Origin: an uncultured Gammaproteobacteria bacterium
GTDB taxonomy: Bacteria > Patescibacteriota > Microgenomatia > UBA1406 > GWC2-37-13
Assembly: GCA_964371165.1 (NCBI GenBank)
Contig: CAYJKR010000002.1
Location: 8,828-72,827, forward strand
DNA: 64,000 bases
Direction: 5' to 3'
Both the position numbers and the translations under genes were made by a program. Below the pieces are notes generated by a model. It searched no databases, was not told where the DNA came from, and saw only the letters and a program-made list of their open reading frames with translations. Positions 9,937 to 18,231 of this stretch are shown here, piece by piece; position 1 is the first letter of the stretch; the number at the start of each line of letters is the position of its first letter.

Positions 9937-10827
9937 TTACATGCTCCTGAGAATTTTTATTCGCTCTTGAATTGGGGGGTGGGTCGAAAACAGATTGGCA
10001 AATATTGTCGAGGCGCCCTCTTTTTTTAGCGGGTTGCTGATAAAAAGGTGGGAAATTGAAGGCGAAGTGTTTTGCATAGGAAACTTATAGGCGGAGATTT
10101 TCTCCAATGCGTCGGCCAGTCCGCTAGGATTTCTCGTAATCAAGACGCCCGAGGCGTCGGCCAAAAACTCGCGGCGCCTTGAGATCGCCAGTTGAATCAG
10201 GGTGGCGATAATCGGGGTTAAGACTAAAGCAATGATAAAAAGGAGAAGAAATATCGGGTTGCGGTTTTCCCGGTCTCGTCCGCGCCCGCGCCACCAAAAC
10301 CCCCTCATCGTCCAGTTGGCAATCAAAGCAATCGTACCTACTAAAACGGCGACAATTGAGGACAAAAGAATGTCGTAGTTTTTGATATGAGACAGCTCGT
10401 GGCTGATGACACCCTCAATATCGCTCCTATCCAAGATTTCCAAAAGACCGGTCGTCGCACAGACGACGGCGTGTTTGGGGTCGCGCCCGGTAGCAAAGGC
10501 GTTTGGAGCCGGGTCCTCGATGACGTATAGACGCGGCATCGGGAGTCCCGAGGCAAGGGAAAGATTTTCGATCGAGGTATAAAAGTCAAAGTACTTTTTT
10601 TTGGAGGCGGGAACGGCACCGGCCGTCCAGAGGACGATCTTGTCAGAATAGTAATAACTAGCAAAGCTGGAAAAAAGAGAAATTATGACACCCAAAAAGA
10701 GATAGCTATTTGGAGAGTCGAAGTACAGGCCAATCAGGTAGAAAAAGCCACTAAACAAGAAGACGAAAACCGCCATAATAAGATAAGTCTTCCATCTGTT
10801 TTGGGAAATCTGTGAATATACGGACAT
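9937..10827 (-). CDS. htpX: M48 zinc metalloprotease HtpX
   Basis: 296 aa with TM helices, HELSHIKNYD (HExxH) and a downstream EFLAD glutamate block. Confidence 0.9.
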   Translation of the reverse strand: MSVYSQISQNRWKTYLIMAVFVFLFSGFFYLIGLYFDSPNSYLFLGVIISLFSSFASYYYSDKIVLWTAGAVPASKKKYFDFYTSIENLSLASGLPMPRLYVIEDPAPNAFATGRDPKHAVVCATTGLLEILDRSDIEGVISHELSHIKNYDILLSSIVAVLVGTIALIANWTMRGFWWRGRGRDRENRNPIFLLLFIIALVLTPIIATLIQLAISRRREFLADASGVLITRNPSGLADALEKISAYKFPMQNTSPSISHLFISNPLKKEGASTIFANLFSTHPPIQERIKILRSM

Positions 10828-10845
10828 GGGAAACCCGGTTGATTA

Positions 10846-11397
10846 TTAGAACTTGACGTCGATCTTCTTTCTTTCTTCCTCGGTTGCGGCAAAAAACTCG
10901 AATGTCTTGAATCCAAACATGCCGGCAATCAAGTTAGTGGGAAAGACCTGGACCTTGGCGTTAAAGTCAAGGACGTTGGAATTATAGAATTGCCTTGAAT
11001 AGGCCACTTTGTCTTCGGTATCTTCGAGCTGCCTTTGCAAGTCCTTAAAGTTCTCGCTCGCCTGAAGCTGTGGGTAAGCTTCGGCCACGGCAAAAAGGGA
11101 CTTTAAAGCTCCGGTCAACATGTTGTTGGCTTCGGCTTTCTCTGGCAGAGTGTCGGCCTTCATCAAGGCGGTTCTGGCCTTGGTTACCTCGGTAAACACC
11201 GCTTTCTCGTGTTTGGCATAACCTTTGACCGTTTCAACCAAATTGGGAATCAGGTCGGCTCGCCTCTTCAATTGAACGTCTATTCCTGAAAGAGCTTCCT
11301 GAATCCTGGTTTTGAGGACAATCAGGACATTGTAGGTGCCGATAAAGAACAAGACTAAAACCGCAGCAATTCCTAAAAGAACTACCGTTGAGTTCAT
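10846..11397 (-). CDS. lemA: LemA family protein
   Basis: 183 aa with an N-terminal TM helix. LemA blocks present: [48 protein letters not shown]. Confidence 0.85.
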   Translation of the reverse strand: MNSTVVLLGIAAVLVLFFIGTYNVLIVLKTRIQEALSGIDVQLKRRADLIPNLVETVKGYAKHEKAVFTEVTKARTALMKADTLPEKAEANNMLTGALKSLFAVAEAYPQLQASENFKDLQRQLEDTEDKVAYSRQFYNSNVLDFNAKVQVFPTNLIAGMFGFKTFEFFAATEEERKKIDVKF

Positions 11398-11455
11398 AAA
11401 TTTGTGGAATTATTAATAATTCATTATACCAAAACGGGTGTATAATAACTCCAAT

Positions 11456-11998
11456 ATGAATATTCTCAATCTAGCCCTCCAGGTCGGCGTCTCAAAAAAG
11501 CTCCCGAGAACGGGTTGGGTGAGGGAAAAAGTCGAAAACCCCGAGTCGGTCGCCGAGCACGCCTTCAGGGTAATTGTCCTGTGCATGGCGTTGGCGCCTT
11601 CTCTTGAGGTGGACCAGAACAAGCTCGTGAAGATGGCCATCATCCACGACCTGGGCGAAACGTCAACCGGTGATATCGTCGTTGAAAGGCGGGGCATAAT
11701 TGACAAGGAGAAAAGAAAAGACAAAGAAAAGATAGAAAAAGAGGCCATCAGAAATATTCTCTATGGTTATGGAGAAGACTACTCCAAGCTGTTCCAGGAA
11801 ATGATCGAGAGGAAAACCAAAGAAGCCAATATATTCTGGGAGATCGACGTTCTGGAAAGAACGATTCAGGCCTATGAATACGAAAGAGATCAAAAAAAAG
11901 ATTTGAGTGAATTTTTCATGAGTTCGGATGAAAGAATCAAAACTCCCCTGTTGGTTGAGGTATTGGAGGACATAAAAAAGAAGAGAAAATTGCTTTAA
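11456..11998 (+). CDS. HD-domain phosphohydrolase (YfbR-like 5'-nucleotidase family)
   Basis: Contains PRTGW, ESVAEHAF and IIHDLGE motifs. The ORF track starts at GTG 11438; I prefer ATG 11456, which lies 9 nt after a TATAAT at 11441-11446. Confidence 0.8.
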   Translation: MNILNLALQVGVSKKLPRTGWVREKVENPESVAEHAFRVIVLCMALAPSLEVDQNKLVKMAIIHDLGETSTGDIVVERRGIIDKEKRKDKEKIEKEAIRNILYGYGEDYSKLFQEMIERKTKEANIFWEIDVLERTIQAYEYERDQKKDLSEFFMSSDERIKTPLLVEVLEDIKKKRKLL

Positions 11999-12003
11999 TT
12001 ATA

Positions 12004-12285
12004 ATGTCTGAAAAATATAAGAAAAAGGACTATCATACAATTTTTTCATTGATGCCAGTTGATAAAATTATAGGAATACCTTTGTCTTTTCTTACTCCGA
12101 CACAAGCTGATGACGGGAAACCAGGTTGATCTATGGGAGCCATTGACGGCTGTTGCGATAAAGGCAAGATTCTAATTATTCATGGCCACCATCGTTATTA
12201 TGATTTAAAAAGAAGATCTAATGGCGATCCAAAAATACAAGTAAAAAAAATTAAGAATCCTTTTTTAGATATAAAAACCAGGTAA
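12004..12285 (+). pseudogene. two small same-frame ORFs (41 aa and 50 aa) separated by a single in-frame TGA; possible gene remnant
   Basis: Own translation: ATG 12004 to TGA 12127-12129, then ATG 12133 to TAA 12283-12285, both in the same frame. No recognisable motif. Lies in the AT-rich patch. Confidence 0.2.
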
Positions 12286-12377
12286 ACTTCTCTTCTCCCA
12301 GCGGACCTTGTGGGACGTTGTTGGAATCTATTTTCATAATCTTAAAATTTGAAATTAATGTACATATATGATAGTCT

Positions 12378-13136
12378 GTGGCAATGAATTCTAAACAACT
12401 TCTAGGATCTACAATTTTAGACCAACCTTTTATTTACGATGTTTTTGAGTTTCTAGGTAATATTATTAACGGAATAATCCTAACCTTAATTTTGTTTATT
12501 AACTGGCATGAAAAATTTTCTTCTATATTCTCTTTTTATAAGGATATAAATATTCCAAATACTACTGCCTACACCGTTTTATTTATACTTATTTTATTTA
12601 TAATAATTTTATTTTTTTTCTTAGTTGGTTATATTATGTCAACGTTGGTTGAGAGGTTTATTTCAGTAATTGTTAGCTTTGTTTTTTTTGTCTATAACAT
12701 ACCACAAATTAAAGAAAAAAATAAATTTGAGTCATTCTTTCGCTTTTTTTTATATGAGAAGATTTTAAATCCAGTAAATGAAAAGTTTAGTAATGAATTT
12801 ATAGAACAATTTTATACCTTAGCTAAAAAGCACTTTAATATTTCTACTAAAGATGTTGATTTGGTTAATTTATCAAAATATCTTGCTTTTAAAAATGGAC
12901 TTACAAAAAACTACCTCGGTGATTTTTTCATATCTTTACTTACTGGTCTGATATTTAATTCATTGCTTGTAGTTTATATCTCGATAATTAACAGAAGTTA
13001 TTTGTTATTAATCTTCTTTATTATTCTCTCCGGCCACTTTTTTTTAAATTTAAAAAAAGAATATCAAAAAAGTAATATAAAAGCCGTGTATCTAACTTAT
13101 TTATTCCTTCGTGAAAAAGACTTATCAAACCCTTAA
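12378..13136 (+). CDS. hypothetical polytopic membrane protein in a very AT-rich segment
   Basis: 252-aa ORF (GTG 12378, or ATG 12384) with several long I/L/F-rich hydrophobic stretches and no motif I recognise. Its base composition is clearly lower in GC than its neighbours. Confidence 0.55.
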   Translation: MAMNSKQLLGSTILDQPFIYDVFEFLGNIINGIILTLILFINWHEKFSSIFSFYKDINIPNTTAYTVLFILILFIIILFFFLVGYIMSTLVERFISVIVSFVFFVYNIPQIKEKNKFESFFRFFLYEKILNPVNEKFSNEFIEQFYTLAKKHFNISTKDVDLVNLSKYLAFKNGLTKNYLGDFFISLLTGLIFNSLLVVYISIINRSYLLLIFFIILSGHFFLNLKKEYQKSNIKAVYLTYLFLREKDLSNP

Positions 13137-13204
13137 AAAAAATTCATCAAAGAATTTACTAAAAAGACAATTAATGTAGTTTTGAATCATTAAATTCTAG
13201 AGTG

Positions 13205-13278
13205 CGGAGCCAAGGGGACTCGAACCCCCAACCCCTTCCGTGACAGGGAAGTGCTCTAGCCAATTGAGCTATGACTCC
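13205..13278 (-). tRNA. tRNA-Asp (anticodon GUC)
   Basis: Hand-folded cloverleaf: acceptor GGAGTCA/TGGCTCC, anticodon stem CTTCC/GGAAG, loop CTGTCAC, T arm GGGGG-TTCGAGT-CCCCT, discriminator G. CCA is not encoded. Confidence 0.93.
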
Positions 13279-13310
13279 AGTAGAAGAATTTTACCAATTT
13301 TATGAGTATA

Positions 13311-13607
13311 TTACAACGCGGGAGGAGTTTCAGCGAGCCCGCACATGGCTACGGCGGGACATCTCATGCAATAGGTACTAATTATTCTATATTGTTCGTT
13401 AAGATAAACGTCTTCTCCTTCGGGTAAATCACATTTTTCTACCCCCGTTTCAAAGGGCTCACCCGACCAGTAGACTCCTCCGCCCATGTACTGGCCTTTG
13501 TCCATGCTATCGCCTTTTTTTGTTTTTCTTTTGGAGTGCTTGGAAAGGAGAAAGACTATCTTTCCTTTGAGTCGGTACTTTACTGAAGCCGTTGCTTTCT
13601 CTGACAT
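13311..13607 (-). CDS. hypothetical small protein (~98 aa)
   Basis: Part of the 149-aa track ORF. I prefer the internal Met (MSEKATAS...), which avoids overlap with the divergent plus-strand ORF. C-terminal CMRCPAVAMC; no known motif. Confidence 0.3.
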   Translation of the reverse strand: MSEKATASVKYRLKGKIVFLLSKHSKRKTKKGDSMDKGQYMGGGVYWSGEPFETGVEKCDLPEGEDVYLNEQYRIISTYCMRCPAVAMCGLAETPPAL

Positions 13608-13653
13608 ACTCAGATTATACAATATCAATTCGTCTAGACAAATCTCATAAGTT

Positions 13654-13953
13654 ATGTCTATTATTAAATTAATGGCAGTAGAAATAGACGGATTCGCATT
13701 ATCAAATTCCTCAGGATCTAAAAGTAAAGTTACTGGAGTGAACGGTACGCCAAGGTGCAAATACGAAACGAGAATTGACGTAGACGATTATGATCTAGGC
13801 AAAATCGTACCCGGATATATCTGCATGGCCTCACTAGACACGAGTAAAGGAATTTACTTGCCTTGCCAGTCAACACCCAAGGGCTGCCCAGTTGGACAAT
13901 TTCAACCCCAAAGAAAGGGAACAGAACTTGTCGTCGTAAAAAATCAGAGATAA
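13654..13953 (+). CDS. hypothetical small Cys-containing protein (99 aa)
   Basis: ORF from the track, divergent from 13311-13607. No recognisable motif. Confidence 0.3.
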   Translation: MSIIKLMAVEIDGFALSNSSGSKSKVTGVNGTPRCKYETRIDVDDYDLGKIVPGYICMASLDTSKGIYLPCQSTPKGCPVGQFQPQRKGTELVVVKNQR

Positions 13954-13955
13954 TC

Positions 13956-13985
13956 TTGCAATTTAGAGCTTCAGTGGTATATAAT
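13956..13985 (+). promoter_or_regulatory. sigma70-like promoter for the LysM gene
   Basis: TTGCAA (13956-13961), 18-nt spacer, TATAAT (13980-13985), then 8 nt to ATG 13994. No Shine-Dalgarno sequence in between. Confidence 0.4.
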
Positions 13986-13993
13986 GTCGGCAA

Positions 13994-14383
13994 ATGAAAA
14001 AGAAAGTCGCTTCGATAAACTACCAAAGACTATTAATCACTACCGTGAAACAAAAATATTTTAATCTCGTACTAGGAATGATTGTTGCTTTAATTCTCTC
14101 TTCACTAATCTATAAACTATTGCTCCAAAACATTTCTTTAAAGATCGCATTCACTCTGCCAAAAATAAACATCCCAAAAACAGAGACTCAACCAGCCAAA
14201 AAGCAACCAGCTGCAAAGCCGGTCCAGTCGGAGGAATATACCGTTCAACTGGGTGATTCGCTTTCGATTATCGCCCAGAAGGTTTATGGAGACCTATATG
14301 CCTGGCCGAAGATACTGGAGGCCAATAACTTGGCTTCCCCCGACTTAATCGAAGTCGGAATGGTTTTGGTTATCCCCCGCTAA
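13994..14383 (+). CDS. membrane-anchored LysM domain protein
   Basis: 129 aa with one TM helix and a C-terminal LysM motif YTVQLGDSLSIIAQKVYGD...WPKILEANNL..PDLIEVGMVLVIP. Confidence 0.8.
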   Translation: MKKKVASINYQRLLITTVKQKYFNLVLGMIVALILSSLIYKLLLQNISLKIAFTLPKINIPKTETQPAKKQPAAKPVQSEEYTVQLGDSLSIIAQKVYGDLYAWPKILEANNLASPDLIEVGMVLVIPR

Positions 14384-14916
14384 CTCTTTAATTTTGCTGA
14401 GAACTTCAGTTTTAATTTTTCAAGCTTTGGATTGATTACCAGTTGGCAGTATGGCTCTTCTTTGTTTTTGTTGTAGTAATCCTTGTGGTAATCCTCGGCG
14501 GAAAAGAATTTGTTTAGGGGCTTTATCTCGGTGACAATCTTTCCGTCGTACTGTTTTGACTCCTCGAGTTTCCTCAACGACTCCTCCGCCTTCTTCTTTT
14601 GCTTATCCGAGGTATAAAGAATGATTGACCGGTATTGGGTGCCGACGTCAGCTCCCTGCTGGTTTAGGGTAGTCGGATTATGGACGTTCCAGAAAACTTC
14701 CAAAAGATCAGGATAAGAGATAACCTCGGAGTCAAATTCTATCTTGACGACCTCGGCGTGCCCGGTTGAACCTTCAGAGACGTCATGATAACCAGGATTA
14801 TCCATGGCTCCTCCGGCATAACCGGAAGTTACCTTGACTACACCCTTTAATCTTTGGAATACTGCCTCGGTACACCAAAAACAGCCGCCACCAAAAACCG
14901 CCGTTTCACTTTTCAT
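14380..14916 (-). CDS. msrA: peptide methionine-S-sulfoxide reductase
   Basis: 178 aa with the GGGCFWC active-site motif plus GHAEVV and YHKDYY blocks. Confidence 0.95.
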   Translation of the reverse strand: MKSETAVFGGGCFWCTEAVFQRLKGVVKVTSGYAGGAMDNPGYHDVSEGSTGHAEVVKIEFDSEVISYPDLLEVFWNVHNPTTLNQQGADVGTQYRSIILYTSDKQKKKAEESLRKLEESKQYDGKIVTEIKPLNKFFSAEDYHKDYYNKNKEEPYCQLVINPKLEKLKLKFSAKLKS

Positions 14917-15274
14917 CTTTGGGAATAAATTTTAAAGATATTGAATTCACGCAGTGTCTGGTGTCTTTGGGAGTGAATGCCTCGCCGGTAAAAACGTGAC
15001 CGAGGTGGGCGCCACAGGAAACACAGGAAATCTCCACCCTGACTCCGTCCGGGTCAAGAGTTCTTTTGACCGCTCCTTTTATTTCCTGGTCAAAACTTGG
15101 CCAACCGCACCCTGAATGGAACTTTGCGTTTGACCCATAAAGCGGAGTGTTACACCTCCTACAGACATAAGTACCCTCCTTGAAAAAATCGTCAAACTCG
15201 CCGGTAAAAGGCGCCTCTGTTCCCTTGTGGACGATGATATCCTCTTCTTCCGGTGTTAATTTATTTAGTTTCAT
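14906..15274 (-). CDS. msrB: peptide methionine-R-sulfoxide reductase
   Basis: 122 aa with zinc CxxC pairs (CRRC, CVSC), GCGWPSF, HLGHVF and catalytic RHCVNS. Confidence 0.95.
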   Translation of the reverse strand: MKLNKLTPEEEDIIVHKGTEAPFTGEFDDFFKEGTYVCRRCNTPLYGSNAKFHSGCGWPSFDQEIKGAVKRTLDPDGVRVEISCVSCGAHLGHVFTGEAFTPKDTRHCVNSISLKFIPKDEK

Positions 15275-15278
15275 AGGG

Positions 15279-15290
15279 TATAATTATAAC
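15279..15290. promoter_or_regulatory. overlapping divergent -10 boxes (msrB on minus, tRNA-Gly on plus)
   Basis: The sequence tataattataac reads TATAAT on plus (15279-15284). It also reads TATAAT on minus (complement of 15283-15288), 8 nt before the msrB ATG. Confidence 0.35.
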
Positions 15291-15296
15291 CAAATT

Positions 15297-15371
15297 GCGG
15301 GCGTAGTTTACCGGCAAAATGTCTCCTTCCCAAGGAGAAGACAGAGGGTTCAATTCCCTTCGCCCGCTCCA
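15297..15371 (+). tRNA. tRNA-Gly (anticodon CCC), CCA encoded
   Basis: Hand fold: acceptor GCGGGCG/CGCCCGC, anticodon stem TCTCC/GGAGA, loop TTCCCAA, T arm GAGGG-TTCAATT-CCCTT, discriminator U, then CCA. Closely resembles E. coli glyU as I recall it. Confidence 0.95.
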
Positions 15372-15373
15372 AG

Positions 15374-16072
15374 ATGAGACTATTTCCCCGAATCATCTCT
15401 TTTTCCCTAAACGCCTATCTCGACGCCCAAATCTGCGAGGAGCTCGTCACCTATATCAAAACCAAAGGCAAGTCTTTTGCGACACGCGGGACAACCTCTC
15501 AATTAAGGGCAAAAAAGCTCGTTTCCGTCGCCAAAGGCAAAAAGATCGATTATTTAATTGGATTGGCTTATACCGAATATTACGTCAACGGACTGGCCGA
15601 TATCCTCTACGCCAAGATCCTTTTTAAACTACTCGTTTCCAGCAATAAATCTGAACTCAATAAAATCTATTCAGACTCCATTAAGCGTTTCAGTTCAAAC
15701 CTCACAACCAATTATCAATTCGAAGAATTTGTTGGTCATAAAGCGTTGTATTTTAAGTACTGGTTTAGCATTTTAGCCGACCCTTGGAGGTGGTCTCAAA
15801 CTTTCGCTAAAAACAGATGCGGATACAATGGTAAATTGGATAGGGATCTTCTCCGCCAAGCGACAATTGAAGTACAAAGGCAAAATGTTGCTAACAATTA
15901 CAAAGTGGCCGACAATTTGAGGCGCGGTGTTTTTGACAAAGACATCAAAGCGCTCGAATTAAAGAGGTTGGCAAAAGAACACAGAAACGAATCGTATTTG
16001 ACGGGTGCAATCAAAACACAGCAGGCGGCCGCCCGTTGGGATAAATTCTTTGTCCGGCTTATTAGTCGATAG
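15374..16072 (+). CDS. hypothetical protein (232 aa)
   Basis: Long ORF with no competing frame, starting 3 nt after the tRNA-Gly CCA. No recognisable motif. Confidence 0.5.
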   Translation: MRLFPRIISFSLNAYLDAQICEELVTYIKTKGKSFATRGTTSQLRAKKLVSVAKGKKIDYLIGLAYTEYYVNGLADILYAKILFKLLVSSNKSELNKIYSDSIKRFSSNLTTNYQFEEFVGHKALYFKYWFSILADPWRWSQTFAKNRCGYNGKLDRDLLRQATIEVQRQNVANNYKVADNLRRGVFDKDIKALELKRLAKEHRNESYLTGAIKTQQAAARWDKFFVRLISR

Positions 16073-16076
16073 TCAT

Positions 16077-16529
16077 ATGAAAACATTGATTAAAAAAGTC
16101 GATAAAAACAATTTTTCTTCTTTTATAGTCCTCGTCAAGAAACTGGCCCAATACGAAAAACTTACGCCTCCTACTAGTGCTGCGATAAAGCGACTCAAGA
16201 AAGATTCTCTTTCAAAAAAACCCAAAATTGAGTGCTATTTGGCCTACGCAGGGAGGGAGCCTATTGGCTACCTGATTTTACTCATGACCTACTCGAGTTT
16301 CCTCGCCAAGCCGACCCAGTATATTGAAGATATTTTTATCTTGAAGGAGTACAGGCAGAAAGGAATAGGACAGAAGATGTTTGATTTTATTAAAAAGCTT
16401 GCAAAAAAAAGAAAGTGCGGTCGGATCGAGTGGACGGTTCTTAAATGGAACAAGTCTGCGATTAACTTTTATAACAAGAACGGAGCCGAGAATATGAAGG
16501 AGTGGTTATTTTACCGATTGACGATGTAA
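16077..16529 (+). CDS. GNAT family N-acetyltransferase
   Basis: Start chosen at MKTLIKK (ATG 16077, in frame with the track ORF 16005). Acetyl-CoA motif RQKGIGQKMF and C-terminal NKSAINFYNKNGA. Confidence 0.85.
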   Translation: MKTLIKKVDKNNFSSFIVLVKKLAQYEKLTPPTSAAIKRLKKDSLSKKPKIECYLAYAGREPIGYLILLMTYSSFLAKPTQYIEDIFILKEYRQKGIGQKMFDFIKKLAKKRKCGRIEWTVLKWNKSAINFYNKNGAENMKEWLFYRLTM

Positions 16530-16538
16530 AATCATACT

Positions 16539-17432
16539 ATGAAAGGCGAATTAGTCGAAGTAGTTACTAAAGACGGATTAGAACTCAGAGGTTTTTTTGC
16601 CGACGCAAAAAGCGATATCGCCGTCCTCCATTCTCACGGCACGGCCGGTGATTTTTATTCTCATAAATTTATTGAGGTCGAAGGCCTCTTGTTGTCAAAA
16701 AAGAAAATTTCTTTCCTCAGCGGCAATAATCGAGGACACGATTCCCTCACAGACATTAGAAAACGAACAAAAAAAGGCATAGAAAAAGTGACGATTGGCG
16801 GGGGGTTAGAAAAATTTGAAGATTCTCTGTTCGACATTGGAGCCTGGGTAGATTTCTTAAAAAACCGAGGGGTAAAGAAAATTATCTTGCAGGGTCATAG
16901 TCTTGGTCCGAATAAAAATATATATTATGGATATAAGACAAGAGACGAAAGAATTATCGGGTATATTCTCCTATCTCCACAAAATGACGCCGGGCTTATG
17001 AAAGAAATATTGGGTGAGAAAAAATATTTTGAAGTAGAAACGGAAATTAAAGAACTGATTAAAAAGGGAGATTCTAGCAAAATGTTATCTCCTGAGCTTT
17101 CCCTCATTTGTCCTACTTCTGCATTGACTTACTCGGGTTATTTTATAGAAACTGGAGTCGGAAACTTGTTTCCCTATCACAATCCTAAAAATCCTAACTG
17201 GAAATTAACTTCGTCGCTTAAAGTCCCCCAATTGCTGATTTTTGGAGAAAAAGATCCTTATATCAAGCCTTCTACGATCAAAGCCATCGAGGTATTCAAA
17301 TCTAAAGTATTTGACAAAAACCTGTTTGAGTCAAAATTAATTAAAAATGCTTTCCATAGTTACGTCGGCCAAGAAGACGAGTTGTCTCACATTATCTATA
17401 AGTGGATCGAAAAATATTACTTCTCGCTTTGA
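16539..17432 (+). CDS. alpha/beta-fold hydrolase
   Basis: 297 aa with nucleophile elbow GHSLGPN after a beta-strand (KKIILQ) and HG..G oxyanion-type HSHGTAGD near the N-terminus. Confidence 0.75.
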   Translation: MKGELVEVVTKDGLELRGFFADAKSDIAVLHSHGTAGDFYSHKFIEVEGLLLSKKKISFLSGNNRGHDSLTDIRKRTKKGIEKVTIGGGLEKFEDSLFDIGAWVDFLKNRGVKKIILQGHSLGPNKNIYYGYKTRDERIIGYILLSPQNDAGLMKEILGEKKYFEVETEIKELIKKGDSSKMLSPELSLICPTSALTYSGYFIETGVGNLFPYHNPKNPNWKLTSSLKVPQLLIFGEKDPYIKPSTIKAIEVFKSKVFDKNLFESKLIKNAFHSYVGQEDELSHIIYKWIEKYYFSL

Positions 17433-17446
17433 TATAATACTTTTAT

Positions 17447-17519
17447 GCCGATGTAGCTCAGCTGGTAGAGCAGTCGCTTCGTAAGCGAGAGGTCGTCGGT
17501 TCGATCCCGACCATCGGCT
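17447..17519 (+). tRNA. tRNA-Thr (anticodon CGU)
   Basis: Hand fold: acceptor GCCGATG/CATCGGC, D arm GCTC-AGCTGGTA-GAGC, anticodon loop TTCGTAA, T arm GTCGG-TTCGATC-CCGAC, discriminator U. CCA is not encoded. Confidence 0.93.
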
Positions 17520-17520
17520 C

Positions 17521-18231
17521 ATGAGACCTTTTAATTTCGGTTCCCGCCGCCAGTTCAAAACCAATGTCGTTTTGCTCGTCGTTGCCTTGCTGGTGGTTTT
17601 CTATTTGCTGTTTACCGTCGGATTCAAGTTCCTCTTAAACTCCTCGGTCTTCTTCGCCAACATCTTTTCCAGGGAAACGCCAGAGCCGTTAAATAAAACC
17701 AACGACGTGTATGGCTCGGTCGACGTCGACCAGATTCCTGTAGCCACCAATAGCGCAACTATCGTCGTCTCGGGCTCGGTCGTCAATTATGATCTGCTGG
17801 TTTTCTACATCAACGGAAAAAGAGTCAAGGAAAAAGAATTGGCAGGAACCGATTCGTTTAGCGAGGAAGTCGGCGACTTACAAAAAGGCAACAACGAAGT
17901 CTATGTGAAGGCGGAAACATCGGACGGAAAAAACAAAAAAACCACCGACACCTATACCGTCCTATACAAGCCGGAAAAACCCAAGCTCGAAATCAGCGAA
18001 CCCGCTGACCGGTCAACCGTCCATACAACAGAAGTGACCGTCAAAGGCAAAACCGATAAGGAAGTATATATTAGAGTCAACGGCTTGCCGGTCGTCGTCA
18101 ACGCCCAGGGAGACTTTGACGCTACGGTTAGATTAAAAGACGGGGAAAATACGATAACCATCGAGGCAACCGACGTCGCCGGCAACTTAGAATCTAAGAC
18201 TTTGGTTGTGACTTACCAGAAGGAAGACTGA
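17521..18231 (+). CDS. membrane-anchored protein with Ig-like beta-sandwich repeats
   Basis: 236 aa with an N-terminal TM helix, then two segments typical of bacterial Ig-like domains (VVSGSV..., VTVKGKTDKEVYIRVNG...GENTITIEATDVAGN). Confidence 0.6.
   Translation: MRPFNFGSRRQFKTNVVLLVVALLVVFYLLFTVGFKFLLNSSVFFANIFSRETPEPLNKTNDVYGSVDVDQIPVATNSATIVVSGSVVNYDLLVFYINGKRVKEKELAGTDSFSEEVGDLQKGNNEVYVKAETSDGKNKKTTDTYTVLYKPEKPKLEISEPADRSTVHTTEVTVKGKTDKEVYIRVNGLPVVVNAQGDFDATVRLKDGENTITIEATDVAGNLESKTLVVTYQKED

Noticed and set aside
12127-12129. In-frame TGA between two small same-frame ORFs as evidence for UGA recoding (genetic code 25, UGA=Gly, as in Gracilibacteria/SR1)
   Set aside because: Many well-supported genes here terminate at TGA exactly where family length predicts (e.g. 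murB and the GlmU-like gene, both in ATGA overlaps). Long ORFs are intact under the standard code. A decayed gene is the simpler explanation.
12000-13278. tRNA-Asp-targeted integrative element
   Set aside because: No integrase or recombinase is present. I could not find a duplicated copy of the tRNA-Asp 3' end that would mark an att site. Only the compositional anomaly remains, and it is reported as a finding.
15297-15371. First reading of this tRNA as tRNA-Trp (anticodon CCA)
   Set aside because: That reading needs a 6-bp stem with a 5-nt loop. The canonical 5-bp stem (TCTCC/GGAGA) with a 7-nt loop TTCCCAA places CCC at positions 34-36. The GCG acceptor start and U73 discriminator fit tRNA-Gly.
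17337-17564. 75-aa minus-strand ORF
   Set aside because: It spans the whole tRNA-Thr gene (17447-17519) and the ends of two well-supported plus-strand genes.
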